A stretch of DNA of 63,972 nucleotides, taken from positions 32,263,165-32,327,136 of the forward strand of contig NC_068987.1 of the NCBI RefSeq assembly GCF_001194135.2, read 5' to 3'. Shown in pieces: positions 26,420 through 39,560 of the stretch (the stretch's first letter is position 1; each line of letters starts with the position of its first letter). Position numbers and translations under genes: made by a program. The notes beneath the pieces are model-generated. The model did not search any database, was not told the DNA's origin, and saw nothing but the letters and a program-made list of their open reading frames with translations. The stretch is from Octopus bimaculoides. Taxonomy: Eukaryota.

Positions 26420-27105
26420 AGCGGGATTCTCGATAATATAAACCATGAAAGACATAATGTAAATATGTTGATGGTATGCGTATGAAGTAATAAAATATAT
26501 TAATGATGGTTTCATAAATTAAAAGAAATATTTGTAAGCAAATCAGCGTTGATGTGTTTATAGTAACTCAATTCTGGTTTTTCTTATAAAATAGATTGGT
26601 GCACGTAATAAAATATTTTTAAATATCAAAGGTAATAAATATATCATATCGACGTAGAACAAAACCATTGTAGCAGTATGTACAAGCATAGATCGAATAT
26701 TCGGTTATAATATAGCTGTCATCAAATATTTACTTAGAATAACCCATTTAATATTCTCTGTAACTGGACTTCTATATCACAAAGACATTATACACATTAA
26801 ACGTAATCTAATTAATATATACACAAGTGTAAACACGTATTTATCTTTGAAATAATTAATAACATACATACACACGGATCTGTTAAAAAGTACACAAGCC
26901 AACAAAGAAATAGCTAACTGGAAGCTTAGTTCGCTAGAAATATCAGCTAAAACACAATGAAATAACAACACCCTACCATCTGTATTGAGTTAGAAAATGA
27001 AGGGTATTTCTGAATTTAACTTCTCCCCAACAGTGTAGGAAATGTCAGCTCCAGCGGGAGCTGACATTAAGTCAAATTAAGTGTCCGAAACACGGTCCCT
27101 TTAGG
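26420..27105 (+). mobile_element. Probable continuation of the decayed Poseidon-type PLE, ending near a 12-bp hairpin
   Basis: Weak frameshifted similarity to the PLE thumb region; perfect hairpin AATGTCAGCTCC-AGCG-GGAGCTGACATT (27041-27068) followed by GTCCGAAACACGGTC. Confidence 0.4.
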
Positions 27106-30019
27106 CAACTCTTTTATCGATTCTCTACAACTGCTTTTCATTGATTCACTACCTTTTCTTTCTCCCTTTCACTATTAGCCTGGGTTCGTGTTGTTACCCG
27201 TGTCCTGCAGACAGTATGCACTCCGTGGAGAATATTCATGTCATAAAACATAATTTATAGCTCCACATACCAACACTACTAAAAAATAGTTGGTAACTGA
27301 TAAAATTGCTTCAAAATCTTCCCCAAGGCACCAGTATTGACAGAAACTGCGCATCCAGTCTCGATGATTGATCCATGAACACAATATTCCGTCAGTAGCA
27401 ACATCACCATCACCATCACTGTAATCATCTCTATACAAGTGAACGCATAGTTGATCCACCGGGTAAAAATAGACAATTCCTCTGAAAAATAACACCTTAC
27501 CATTTTAAAAAAGAAAGCACACCTTAAATAATGTAGCCCATGATAACACAGTCTGAAAATAAAAGATGAGAACGCCATGGATGGATCATAGTTCCTCTCG
27601 GTCATAGATAACCCGGAATTAGACAACAACATTAGTGATAGAAATAACTTGTACAGGATAGCTTCTAGATAGCTAGAAACAGAACTAAAATTTCAACACA
27701 TTGCAACCTATCCTCTTTAAGTAGGAGGAACACATGCAAATGTAGTGCTATGCAAACGGCACGATAGCGAATGTAATGTTAAATACACCATGACTGAAGA
27801 AAAACTCAGGTTGGAAACCATTTGGTCATGTATCAGCTCGATCACTGTTGACCTGAAGCTAAACAAGAACACTAGCAACGTCCCATTACCACCATTATTC
27901 TCTAAACCAAAGGTGGTTTGTATGGTGATGATGGGTCTGCTAGTTATTTTATCGGCCTTGAAAGGATAACGGTTAATCTGTGGGATTTGAACTCAAGTTA
28001 TTCAAGAGCAGAACTATATGTCATAAAATATTTTGTTTGACTCTCCACTGTTTGAAAAGCAAATGTAAATGCAGAGTTATTTTTATCGAGTTAACCCAAG
28101 ACTGCGAAACGATTACAATCTCTAACGCAACCATCAACATTACTTTTACAGCAAACCATCACCAACAACACCCACCATTAATACCATCATCATAGCTAAG
28201 AACATTATCATGATCAACATTACCACCACCACCACCACCACCATCATTGCCAAGATCATGATCAATATTATGACTACCACAACAGTCATCAACATCATTA
28301 TCACACTCGCCACAATCATCGTCGTCGTATTTAACAAAGACAACTTTAAATCAAATTTTCGCATACCTTAATTGTGTAAAGATATCTTGTATTTATTTAT
28401 ATGTTGTTATTTTAATTTTGCTTCGTTTCAAAGACAACCCTTGAGACTCCAAATTACATCAAATCAAGAACTATCATATTATATAATTTTGAGGTGTTCT
28501 CTACGGAAGAACATCAGCTGAATAAAACATAAAACATGAAGCTAAAACCGAAAACAAAGGATGGTCGGTGGTGGTGGGGGAACTAACAAAGCAAATGTTA
28601 TAAAACAAAATAACTAAATTAATTAATTAATAAATTAATTAAAACAGAGTGCCTCTGAAACGAAAGTGAAAGTAAATAAAACAAGTTTTAAAATCATGGC
28701 TGCCAATTGATGCTGTGGTGCCAAAAATCTATTTGTGTGTTAATAATTATAAGTTCGTCAAATATTTTTAATTTGCCAAATATTTTACACTCGATGCAAT
28801 ATTGTTAGATCAAAGAAAATAGTTTATTTTACATCCACTTCCAGTTGCAGATACACACATACGTGTATATATACGCGCATATATATATNNNNNNNNNNNN
28901 NNNNNNNNNNNNNNNNNNNNNNNNNNNNNNNNNNNNNNNNNNNNNNNNNNNNNNNNNNNNNNNNNNNNNNNNNNNNNNNNNNNNNNNNNNNNNNNNNNNN
29001 NNNNNNNNNNNNNNNNNNNNNNNNNNNNNNNNNNNNNNNNNNNNNNNNNNNNNNNNNNNNNNNNNNNNNNNNNNNNNNNNNNNNNNNNNNNNNNNNNNNN
29101 NNNNNNNNNNNNNNNNNNNNNNNNNNNNNNNNNNNNNNNNNNNNNNNNNNNNNNNNNNNNNNNNNNNNNNNNNNNNNNNNNNNNNNNNNNNNNNNNNNNN
29201 NNNNNNNNNNNNNNNNNNNNNNNNNNNNNNNNNNNNNNNNNNNNNNNNNNNNNNNNNNNNNNNNNNNNNNNNNNNNNNNNNNNNNNNNNNNNNNNNNNNN
29301 NNNNNNNNNNNNNNNNNNNNNNNNNNNNNNNNNNNNNNNNNNNNNNNNNNNNNNNNNNNNNNNNNNNNNNNNNNNNNNNNNNNTTCTCCTCTCTTTCTCT
29401 CTTTCTTTGTATATCTAAATGCTAGCTGCACCTACTCACTACGCTCGGGATCGTCAATTGTAAATTTAATTAAGAAACTTTCAAAATCTATTGCCTTAAC
29501 AAACAGATTTAATAACAAAAGTGGGGATTTTAGTTTTCAATCTATTTTTATAACTGCATATACATTATTCAATTAAAAATATTGATTTTTATATCTGCAT
29601 TTACATTATTCTATTAAAAATATTGATTTTAATGTTTTCCTCAAAATTAAAAACGATAATTGGAATTCATGGATGCAAGTGATTAAAAATTTAGGATAAA
29701 TTTGTTTCGATTTAATATTATAATTTGAAACAAACGGAACTTGGTCATAAATGTAGGCCACATCAAAAGCTTTAAAATGAAGTAGCTGTTACCGTTGGAA
29801 ATGGAATAATATTTTAGATATACTCTCTCATTTTCTTTGGAAGATTTCTTTATTAAACCTTTGGTACAGGCCCAGCAGGTATTCCATTGCACTTTTCATT
29901 CTTATTGCTCTTCTTTCCTTGTTTAAAGTTGTTTTAAGTATTTGGATGAATCGTGTATATTTCTCTGTACAATTTTTATTCACTTTTGTATATTATGCAA
30001 TTTTCAGCTCGAATTTCCC

Positions 30020-30436
30020 GTTTTTATCTTTTGTCTTTTACTTGCTTGATTTCTTGGACTGCGGCCATGCTAGGGAACCGTCTTGAAGGGTTTAGTCGAA
30101 CAAATCGTCCCCAATACTTATTTTTAAAGCCCGGTGCTTATTATATCGGCGGTCTTTTTGCCGAAATACTAAGTCATGTGAACATATATTAAACAACTTC
30201 TTATGTTGAGCCGTGGGGGTGGGGACAATCACAAACGCAAAGACACACACGCTTAGATATTTACATATACATATACTCGACGGGCTGCTTTCAATTTCTG
30301 TCTACCAAACCCATTCACAAGGCTTTAATTGGCCCACGGCTATATTAGAAGACACTTATCCAAGATGCCGCACAGTGGTACTGAACCCATGACTACATAG
30401 TTGGAAAGCAAGCTTCTTAACCACACAGCCACGCCT
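30020..30436 (-). mobile_element. SINE family A
   Basis: Homologous to the other copies. Confidence 0.85.
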
Positions 30437-31224
30437 AACAACTCATTGAATATATGACGAATTTAATTTTGTACTTGTATATCATCTGTTCCAGTAGGGT
30501 TTTCTTTTAAAAATAACAAAATTTTCCCTATCACAATTCTGTTTCACTTTGGAGTAATTTATGTGAAAATGCTTAAGAGTCGAACACCATCTTCTATCTA
30601 AATGCCATTCATTGGACATATAATGAGAGCAGAGTGGTATAAATGATAGAACTCTACACTAAATGCCTTGCAATATTCAGTAAAGTTACTGTCCGTTGTA
30701 TGCGTATAATTTCATCGAGCTTGAAATTCTTTCATTTTTATTGGGTCATTAAAATAAATTCTGAAGTTAAATTTGAATATTATTAATATTTTTATGTCTA
30801 TCACCACAATGTATTATTATATGTTATAATCGTTGTTTCGCAGTATCATTTCAATCACATTGGTTGTTTGAAATACTTTAGAATTAATTAAGATCAAATG
30901 TCCGGAAATTGAGAAATTTTCATTGTAAATTTGATGACAATCATATATTTAATTGAATCTAAATGAAATGTCTTTAAATGATATATAAGTAACGACGAAC
31001 TGGGAACCATCATCATCGAACGAATAAACTCTATTAACTATACCGAGTATTTCCTTATAGGTCTGTATACACAAACTCAACACGCACACACACACACAAG
31101 CAGAGGCACACACATGCACACAAGCAGAAGTAGACACGCATACGCACAAGCAGAGGTTCCGCACACGCACGCGCACACACACGTACATACATACATACAT
31201 ACATACATACACACAGGAGCAGAG

Positions 31225-31270
<46 letters not shown>

Positions 31271-31334
31271 GCAAGAGCTCACACACACACATGAACACAC
31301 AAAACACACACACACACTCACGCATCTCTGATCT

Positions 31335-31705
31335 CGAGCAGAAGTAGTGGGGGAGCATCATAGCCATATGTTGAAAGAAATTCTTTGGGGTTTGAATAAT
31401 TCACCTCTGGAAAAGCATGGGTGTTTTTTTTCATCATCTTTAAAAAACCTTATTCAAGTACCTTTTGAGCAGGATGGGCTAATCAACCTGAAAAAATTCT
31501 AACTGGGCCCACCTGCAAGGTCGTGCACTATTTATCTTAATATAAGATCACCATGTTGCGCACGTGTGGTTGCGATGCATGTGCCTGGTGTACCTTTATC
31601 AGACGGGTAGTAATGATGGGTGTATTGGGCTTCGTATAATTGTACCCCAGTGTCACTTTGATGGCATGCACTGCTCTCTCACTCAATAATAATAATAATA
31701 ACAAC
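31335..31705 (+). mobile_element. (AAT)n-tailed retroelement 3' end
   Basis: Last ~150 bp match 55762-55910 (rc); both end CTCTCTCACTCAAT(A/G)ATAATAA. Confidence 0.7.
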
Positions 31706-31719
31706 AACATCAAAAAATA

Positions 31720-31860
31720 CCTTAGGAATGAGAACCCAGGTTCGAAATTTCCCCAAGATACCTGATGAACGCTGGAGGGTATATCAGCCGGAACGTTGTG
31801 TTAACAACAAACAAGATGAGGACAAATATCTGTCAAATGTAAATAATGCAAATAATGTAT
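31720..31860 (+). mobile_element. PLE-type terminal repeat with a decayed minimal hammerhead (31757-31802)
   Basis: GATAC-CTGATGA-A-CGCTG(10 nt)CAGCC-GGAA-CGTT-GTGTT; stem I GATAC/GTGTT pairs; GAAA changed to GGAA. Confidence 0.6.
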
Positions 31861-31879
31861 ATCTCATATTATCACAAAC

Positions 31880-32230
31880 TTCTTAGCACGTGTTAACCCT
31901 TGTCAACGAGGTATATGCATGGTCAGTTGCTTAACAGCAAGAATGTAAAAATAAACTACAAAAGTACTAAATGTTAATTAATAAAACGTACATGTAAAAG
32001 AATACAAGAGCAAGAACATAACGTTATCTTTCCTTAATGTTAAATGCTAAATGCCAGTATGAAATCCTTTAGAGAACATAATCAGGTCGAAATATTTAAC
32101 AGTGGTATGAGTGAAGGAACCTTTAAGGAATGCTGTCTAAAACATAAACTTAACATTCAGAGTCGAAGTAATAGGAAAGCTACTGGCGAGAAAGAAGTGC
32201 ACAATGAGAAGTATTTACTTTATGTGATTA
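31880..32230 (+). mobile_element. Naiad-type PLE GIY-YIG endonuclease fragment
   Basis: MHGQ/CLTA then GMSEGTFKEC.LKHKLNIQSR..RKAT..KEV, resembling Y.G.TEGTFK.RY..HK.SF.....ST.LSK..W. Confidence 0.55.
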
Positions 32231-32310
32231 CTTCATTTCACGTCAACATATTTATTGTTTCACATATCAGATCTGTTATTTCAGCTAATGTATTTTAACG
32301 TGGAGCACAA

Positions 32311-32368
<58 letters not shown>

Positions 32369-32396
32369 CCTCTCACTACATGTCTTTCTTCTATCT

Positions 32397-32459
<63 letters not shown>

Positions 32460-34327
32460 CACATACATATATATACATATACATTTGCCAGTGTGTGTAA
32501 GCATGTATATATGTACGTATATACATACGCACGCACACGCACACACACACGCGCGCACAGACACACGCGCGCACAGACACACGCGCGCTTACACACACAC
32601 ACACGCACAAGCGCTCGCGCACGCACGCACACACACACACACGCATGCACACACACACACGCACACACACACACACATATTAGTTCCCGAAAAATATGAC
32701 GAATTTGGTTTCACACCTGTGTTTGATCTAGCCTTTATTTCTTTGGAAGAAGGCCAAAATGTTTAAAATGTTTTCCATCCTTTATCTGCCTTTGATTTTG
32801 AAGTCATATACACGCACAGACACACAGACACACACACTGGTATGTATGTATGTATGTATGTATGTATGTATGTATGTATGTATCTATCTATCTATCTATA
32901 TATATATGTATGTATATATTTTTAGGTATTTATGTATTTATATATATGTTACACATATATGTATATATGTATGTNNNNNNNNNNNNNNNNNNNNNNNNNN
33001 NNNNNNNNNNNNNNNNNNNNNNNNNNNNNNNNNNNNNNNNNNNNNNNNNNNNNNNNNNNNNNNNNNNNNNNNNNNNNNNNNNNNNNNNNNNNNNNNNNNN
33101 NNNNNNNNNNNNNNNNNNNNNNNNNNNNNNNNNNNNNNNNNNNNNNNNNNNNNNNNNNNNNNNNNNNNNNNNNNNNNNNNNNNNNNNNTATATATATATA
33201 TATATATATATATTGTATGCATGTATGTGTAGACTTGCGTTGCATTAATTCAATGTTAAGTGAAAATAAAGAAATAATTTTTTAAAAGTCGCTTCTTCAT
33301 TGCAATTCAGTAACAAAGAGAAAAAAAAAAATCATGATATTTTTCTGAAATCGCAAAATGAAGGCAATTGCAGTGAAAGAAAGATGGCGTCACTACGACC
33401 GGAAATTTCGATGTGACTAGATTTAATCAATAAACAATGCTGGGAGAACTTTAGAAGTGAAACCATTCAGATGACAACCAGCAGTGAACATTCTAGATTC
33501 ATTATATTTCAGGCCACACGTGTCTTCTAAAACTTTTATGTTCTCATATGAACAGCAATAAACGCTATGGTAGCCTTCTTTCATTTCCTCAGTATTTCTT
33601 TCTTGTTTCCTCTATATTTCTTTCTTTCTTTCTTATCTTTCTTTCTTATCTTTCTTTCGGTTTTCTTTCATTCATTCAGTCTTTCTTTTTCTCTCCCCGT
33701 CTCCCTCCTCCTGTCCCACTCAATCTCTCTGGAAAACTTCACAGGGGCGTTGTTGTTTCTCTTCTGTCAATGCCATAAACTGATACTAATCTAAACAATC
33801 GCCATATTGCTATTATCGACGTAAGTGTGGAAGAGGTGTAAGTTAGAATCTGTGAAACATCGGACTGAATGTCTTCGTGTATCTAACAAAATTTTTTACG
33901 TTTCTCAGATGAAATATCGTCAGAGTTCACTTTCCATTTCATTCCACAATGATCGATATATTAACTACTGTGTGACTTGTGTTTATATTAGACAGTCTTA
34001 TCATAAGAAGGAGAAAATATTAGTAAGATCAAGGACCCTGTGATGTTATTAGGTAGCAGCCGTCTAATTTCATTTTAACATACTGCACTCTTGTCTGTTT
34101 ATCTATCTGTCTAAGTGGGACAGAGCGGACAAACGTTTTTTTTTCTCTCTCTCTTTTAATATTTGCCTTTAGAAGGGAAGTTAAAAGAACAGTTATGCAG
34201 CCATGAACCCAGAGCGAAGAAACCGAAGTCACTTGACAAATAAAAAGTACAAAAACACCATTTCTAATATCAGGAAAAAAAATCAGGAATGAAACAAAGA
34301 TTTTTGTCGGCTTTATTATCAAGTTCT

Positions 34328-34760
34328 TTAAGGCGGTGAGCTGGCAGAATCGTAAGCGAGTCGGACAAAATGCTTAGCAGTATTTCTTTCGGATCTTTAC
34401 GTTCTGAGTTCAAATATCGCCGAGCTTGACTTTGCCTTTCATCCCATCAGGGTCAATGAAATAAGCACCGGTTGAGCACTGGAGTCGATGAAACTGACTA
34501 TCCCTCATCTGCTAAGATTTCAAGCCTTCTGCCTATAATAGAATGTTCTTTAAGGCGATGAGCTGGCAGGATCCTTAGCGCGTCGGACAAAATTCTTAGC
34601 AGCATTTCTTCCGATTCTTTACGTTCTGAGTTGAAATACCTCCGCAGTTGACTTTGCTTTTGATCCTTTCGGAGTCGCTAAAACAAGAACCAGTCAAGTA
34701 TTGGTGTTGATATAATCGACTAACACCTTAGTACAGATTTCTCTGCCTATAGTAGAAAGG
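34328..34760 (+). mobile_element. Two head-to-tail SINE family B copies
   Basis: Both begin GTTCTTTAAGGCG(G/A)TGAGCTGGCAG (about 34323 and 34545). Confidence 0.85.
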
Positions 34761-35630
34761 ATTACTGTCATGTTAGTATAGATGAGTAAGGAGATTAGTA
34801 ATTGCTACTCGAAATAAGTCACGTAGTGCAAAGGTTGTATAGAAATGTTCAATGGAAAGGCGTGGCTACATTTGAATTGAGATATGACCTTACAGTTAGA
34901 AACAATACTAAGTGTGGTGTATATTTTAGAAAAATATATACATGAGAGTGAAGTTAATCAAGAGGAGATAGTGTATAAAGGGCTGCTGTATTGTTAACGT
35001 AAACAAGTATTATAAGGGTAGAAAGAGTTAAAGAGAGAATAAGCTGCGTAAAATGGACTTGTGTTTGCATAAGAACTAATATTCGTTTGTATGTATTAAA
35101 TATAAGGCTGAAAATAGGTAATAACAGAAAAATAGTTGTTAATATTACAGTTTAGATCGTATATACTTGCTGTGGTTATAGAGATGAAAAAAGAGCGTTC
35201 AGAGGTTTATCATTATTGGAAATAGAGGTACTGAAAAATAACAATGTAGGGGAGATAAGTAAGCAGGGAATGAAAAATAAAATAATAGAAAAATAGAGGG
35301 TTTAAATTATATGTAATGATATGTAAGGTAATACAGTAACTATGTTTAAGTATAAATAAAATATCAGTTAAGGAACTAGCTTGGCATAATGTGAGAGGGA
35401 TACATACTGTGGTATTAGGTTGGTGATTAATTAATATTCCGGTAATAGAAGAGTATTGTGTATTATGAATATACGAAAAATTACGAGTATGGGAGTGCAC
35501 ATAAGTATACAAAATATACAAAATAATTTAAATATAATGTCATATAAAAATCTTGAGTCTTGTTGAGTTTTATGGGATTCCCTTCCATAATTTCGCAACA
35601 CACCATATACAAGTATATATATACACACAT

Positions 35631-36250
35631 ACTAGCTGTTTGACCCGGCGTTACTCATGCTTTCCGTGTTGCAGTTAATCCCACCTCTGACCGCTGAAAT
35701 TTTATACGTGATTACAGTTCATGTACATTAGTTGATGCCAGCTCTGGAATTAAGTGAAAACTTTTACCGTCTCCCCTACCACAAAATTTAACTAAATCTC
35801 AAATTTTATTAAAATCAAATAAAAAATAGAAAAGTTACGGCCAAAAATAAAATCCCTATGAGTATTTGCACGCAAACAGTCAACTGGCTTTATAAAACCA
35901 CTGTGCTGGCGCAATTATCGATCTTTTGTCAACGCCATATATTGACAGCAAGCACTGCCATGAGCCTCGCTCACTCATCGATTTTCATTAAAATCGGACA
36001 AAAATGCAAAAGCTGCAGGAGACATAACATCGTTATGGGAATTTTCATTCAAACGCCCGATTGAGCTCACAAAAATCGATGCCAACTGAGCATTATCAAG
36101 TTTTCGAAAACATTACGGCCTTATTTGAACTTCAGGGCATGTGAACCACCTATGTGCCGAAAATCATTAAAATCGGTTGGGCGGTGTGGGAGGAGCTAGA
36201 GTAACCCCAAACACACACAGACACACCATTACACATTTAAGTATATAGAC
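35631..36250 (+). mobile_element. Helentron-associated (DINE/HINE-like) non-autonomous element
   Basis: Starts ACTAGCTGTTTGACCCGGCGTT; ends AAAATCGGTTGGGCGGTGTGGGAGGAG...(AC)n...TATATAGA. Confidence 0.65.
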
Positions 36251-37164
36251 ATAGAAGTCACTAAAGTGACTAAGAGTACTTGTTAGCACCAGCGTTACTA
36301 GAAATAAGAGTCAAAACCACTCTTAATCTCGCGAAAGCACTTATTTTGTGACTTACAAGGGAGACAGGCTTCCTACAGTATCCGACGCATAGCCAGATCA
36401 CCAGTGATCTCGCATTTGATTAATGCTCGTCAGTGGCTCTTACTCGGCTGTCTAGGGTTAAGCTAACTCGCCTTGTCAGTCTATAAGCGTTACCGTAGAA
36501 ATATTACGCTTTTGACCTTTTTCGTACGCGGATAGAAATCCTTTGAACAAATTCCTTGTTTTACATTAGTATTCTGATGAAGGTTCTAATTAATTATCGT
36601 TAAACGTGGTTCATTTCTAGAAATACTTGCATAAGACCAGCTGATTAATATATATATTGTTTAAATATGTATGAAAGGAAGAATACGTACTCACACATAC
36701 ATATATCCGCGCACACACATATGCTAAGAATTGTTTACATGCATCTTTACACACACACACACACACAAACATACATCGCATAAATTGCATTCGAAATAAT
36801 CTTATATGCAAATTCTACACGCTATACAAGAGGAAATTCCACTAATTCGATTTCGAGTTTTCTTTTTTAGATCATCAGGTGGTTGTGGCTTAACAGCATT
36901 CATATATACATATGATTTGTGTAGCATGAAAATAACGTTCAAAATATTTGAGGGAAAACATGTAGTTTAACTGGCTGGCGTAATTCGATAGAATTAGCAT
37001 TGATGTGGCAAAAATGTGTGGTGAATGCAGGAAGGAAAAGAAGAAAAAGTTAAGAAAAATAAGATCAGGTAAGAAGGGTAGTGAAGGGGTGTAAAGATTA
37101 CAGAACAATCAAAAAGCATGATGTGATACACTCAGCTTAGCAGATATATATATATGTAATAATC

Positions 37165-37325
37165 TAGTAGCTCCGCTTATAGAAAGACGTGAAAAGGGTA
37201 CAGTGAAGTTGCCATGAGGTGTGGAATATCCAACGTTTCGGATTCAATCCTTCGTCAGGAGGTAGAGAAAAAGAGAAGAAAGTCAAACAGAGTTTACATC
37301 CTCTCAGCTTGAAAAACTGGCTGCA
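37165..37325 (-). mobile_element. PLE-type terminal repeat with a minimal hammerhead core (37229-37262)
   Basis: rc CTGACGA-A-GGAT(TGA)ATCC-GAAA-CGTT-GG; stem I weak. Confidence 0.55.
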
Positions 37326-37785
37326 TATATATANNNNNNNNNNNNNNNNNNNNNNNNNNNNNNNNNNNNNNNNNNNNNNNNNNNNNNNNNNNNNNNNNNN
37401 NNNNNNNNNNNNNNNNNNNNNNNNNNNNNNNNNNNNNNNNNNNNNNNNNNNNNNNNNNNNNNNNNNNNNNNNNNNNNNNNNNNNNNNNNNNNNNNNNNNN
37501 NNNNNNNNNNNNNNNNNNNNNNNNNNNNNNNNNNNNNNNNNNNNNNNNNNNNNNNNNNNNNNNNNNNNNNNNNNNNNNNNNNNNNNNNNNNNNNNNNNNN
37601 NNNNNNNNNNNNNNNNNNNNNNNNNNNNNNNNNNNNNNNNNNNNNNNNNNNNNNNNNNNNNNNNNNNNNNNNNNNNNNNNNNNNNNNNNNNNNNNNNNNN
37701 NNNNNNNNNNNNNNNNNNNNNNNNNNNNNNNNNNNNNNNNNNNNNNNNNNNNNNNNNNNNNNNNNNNNNNNNNNNNNNNNNNNNN

Positions 37786-37864
<79 letters not shown>

Positions 37865-38295
37865 CTGTACCATGCACAGGGACATCTGGAACGAATATTT
37901 GCGTATACACACACACGCACGCGCGTACGGACACATATTCACACACGCAAATATTTGTTCCAGATCTCCTTGTACACGGTACAAATATCGGCTTTATATC
38001 AACTGGCAGATATAAGCACTGATCAGAAAACTGTTTGTTTGCTGAAAATATAAACGAAGCCCACGCAAAGGACCGAAGCATTTTTGGCTGCTGAGACATT
38101 GACTGACGAAACACAGAATGTCGAAACACAGAATGTCGAAATACAGTTCTCCTTCGATCCTCTGCGCCAATGAGTTGAGTGTGTTGAACACACTATCGTC
38201 ATAAAAAAGAAATTGTTCTCTTTTGATGTACGAGACAACGAACAAGCATATTTTACGTCTGAACCTGCCTAGTTGTATTAAGAATAGGTACGCAA

Positions 38296-38430
38296 ATATT
38301 CTTTTCTACTCTAGGCACAAGGCCTGAAATTTGTAGGGATGGGGCCAGTCGATTAGATCGATCCCAGTACGCAACTGGTACTTAATTTGTCGATCCCGAA
38401 AAGATGAAAGGCAAAGTTGACCTCGGCAGC
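38296..38430 (-). mobile_element. SINE family B, 3' part
   Basis: Matches the 3' half of 7246-7460. Confidence 0.8.
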
Positions 38431-38599
38431 GGTAAGCAAATATTCGTTCCAGTACATTGTACAAATAACGATTTTACACACACATACGTTCAAACACACA
38501 TGTATGTATGTATGTATGTATGTATGTATGTATGTATGTATGTATGTATGTATCTATCTGGATTTCTTTCGTTGCGTTTATCCCCTCCTGTACTTTCGG

Positions 38600-39560
38600 T
38601 ATAGCAAGTCTTGACCTTTTTAACTAGGTTATTGAGAGGGAACTGTTGATCGTTGAGATGGTCCTGTACTCACACGCAACACGTATGTTTGCTAAGTGAC
38701 GTAATTAAGGATTTATTTTCTTTACATTTATTGCAGTTTTATTTAGTTTATTGTTTAACGGTAGAATAATATTCTTTCCGTTTTATTATTTTTATTGCGT
38801 TATTTTCTTTACATTTATTGCAGTTTTATTCGTTTGACTTTTTAATTAACGGTCTGGTAATATTCTTTCTTTTTATTATTTTCTAATTCCGTTTTAGTAG
38901 TCAATAAAGCATTAGTATAATAAGCAATAATTCATGTTTGCTTTTTTCTGTTATTTAATTTCGTTTATTAATTACTAGTGTAATTCTTGTTTAACTTTTC
39001 GATGTCTTTTATTGAAGTATGCTTTAGGTTTTATTTGTTTGAAGCTTCAGGTAAGTTATATAAATTTTAAATAGTGTGTTAATCTCGCTAGTAAATATAA
39101 CACGTATGCTGGTTAGTTGGTTTAATTATCATGTGTAATCGTTCTTTAAATTCGTTGTAATTTAATTGGTTTGTTGTTTATTTCACACTTGCGTGATGTC
39201 TTCTTCGTTTTACTTAATTCTGTCTTTGTAATCATTAACACATAAGTTTAATAAGGATTAATTTATTTCCCCCTTTTATTTAATTGTGTTCATTAAACGT
39301 TAGTCTAATGTTTCATTTGTCCTTTTAATTTCTATTATCGTGTTACTGGTAGATTGTATGAATTTAACTTTTTTATGTAGTTGATGGTTTGAAAAGGTAC
39401 TTGTGTTATGTATTGTGGATTGTCTTCAATTACAAGTACATGTGTGTAATGTATCAAATGTCTTGTAATTTCCAGGTAGCGTTTAAATATATTTTCGCGC
39501 TGTCGTACAACGTTGGATCGAATGGTATAGTTAAGTGTGTAAACCATAATCCTTTCTAAT
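38600..39560 (-). mobile_element. Possible decayed PLE N-terminal region
   Basis: A-rich minus strand with weak similarity to PLE N-termini; internal ~88-bp tandem duplication at 38713-38883. Confidence 0.25.

Noticed and set aside
24140-28330. Poly-Met/Ile/His-like ORFs from (CAT/CAC)n tracts at 24140-24295 and 28155-28330
   Set aside because: Degenerate trinucleotide microsatellites
34780-35620. Possible PLE RT relic on the minus strand
   Set aside because: Too degraded; only one YVNN-like word supports it
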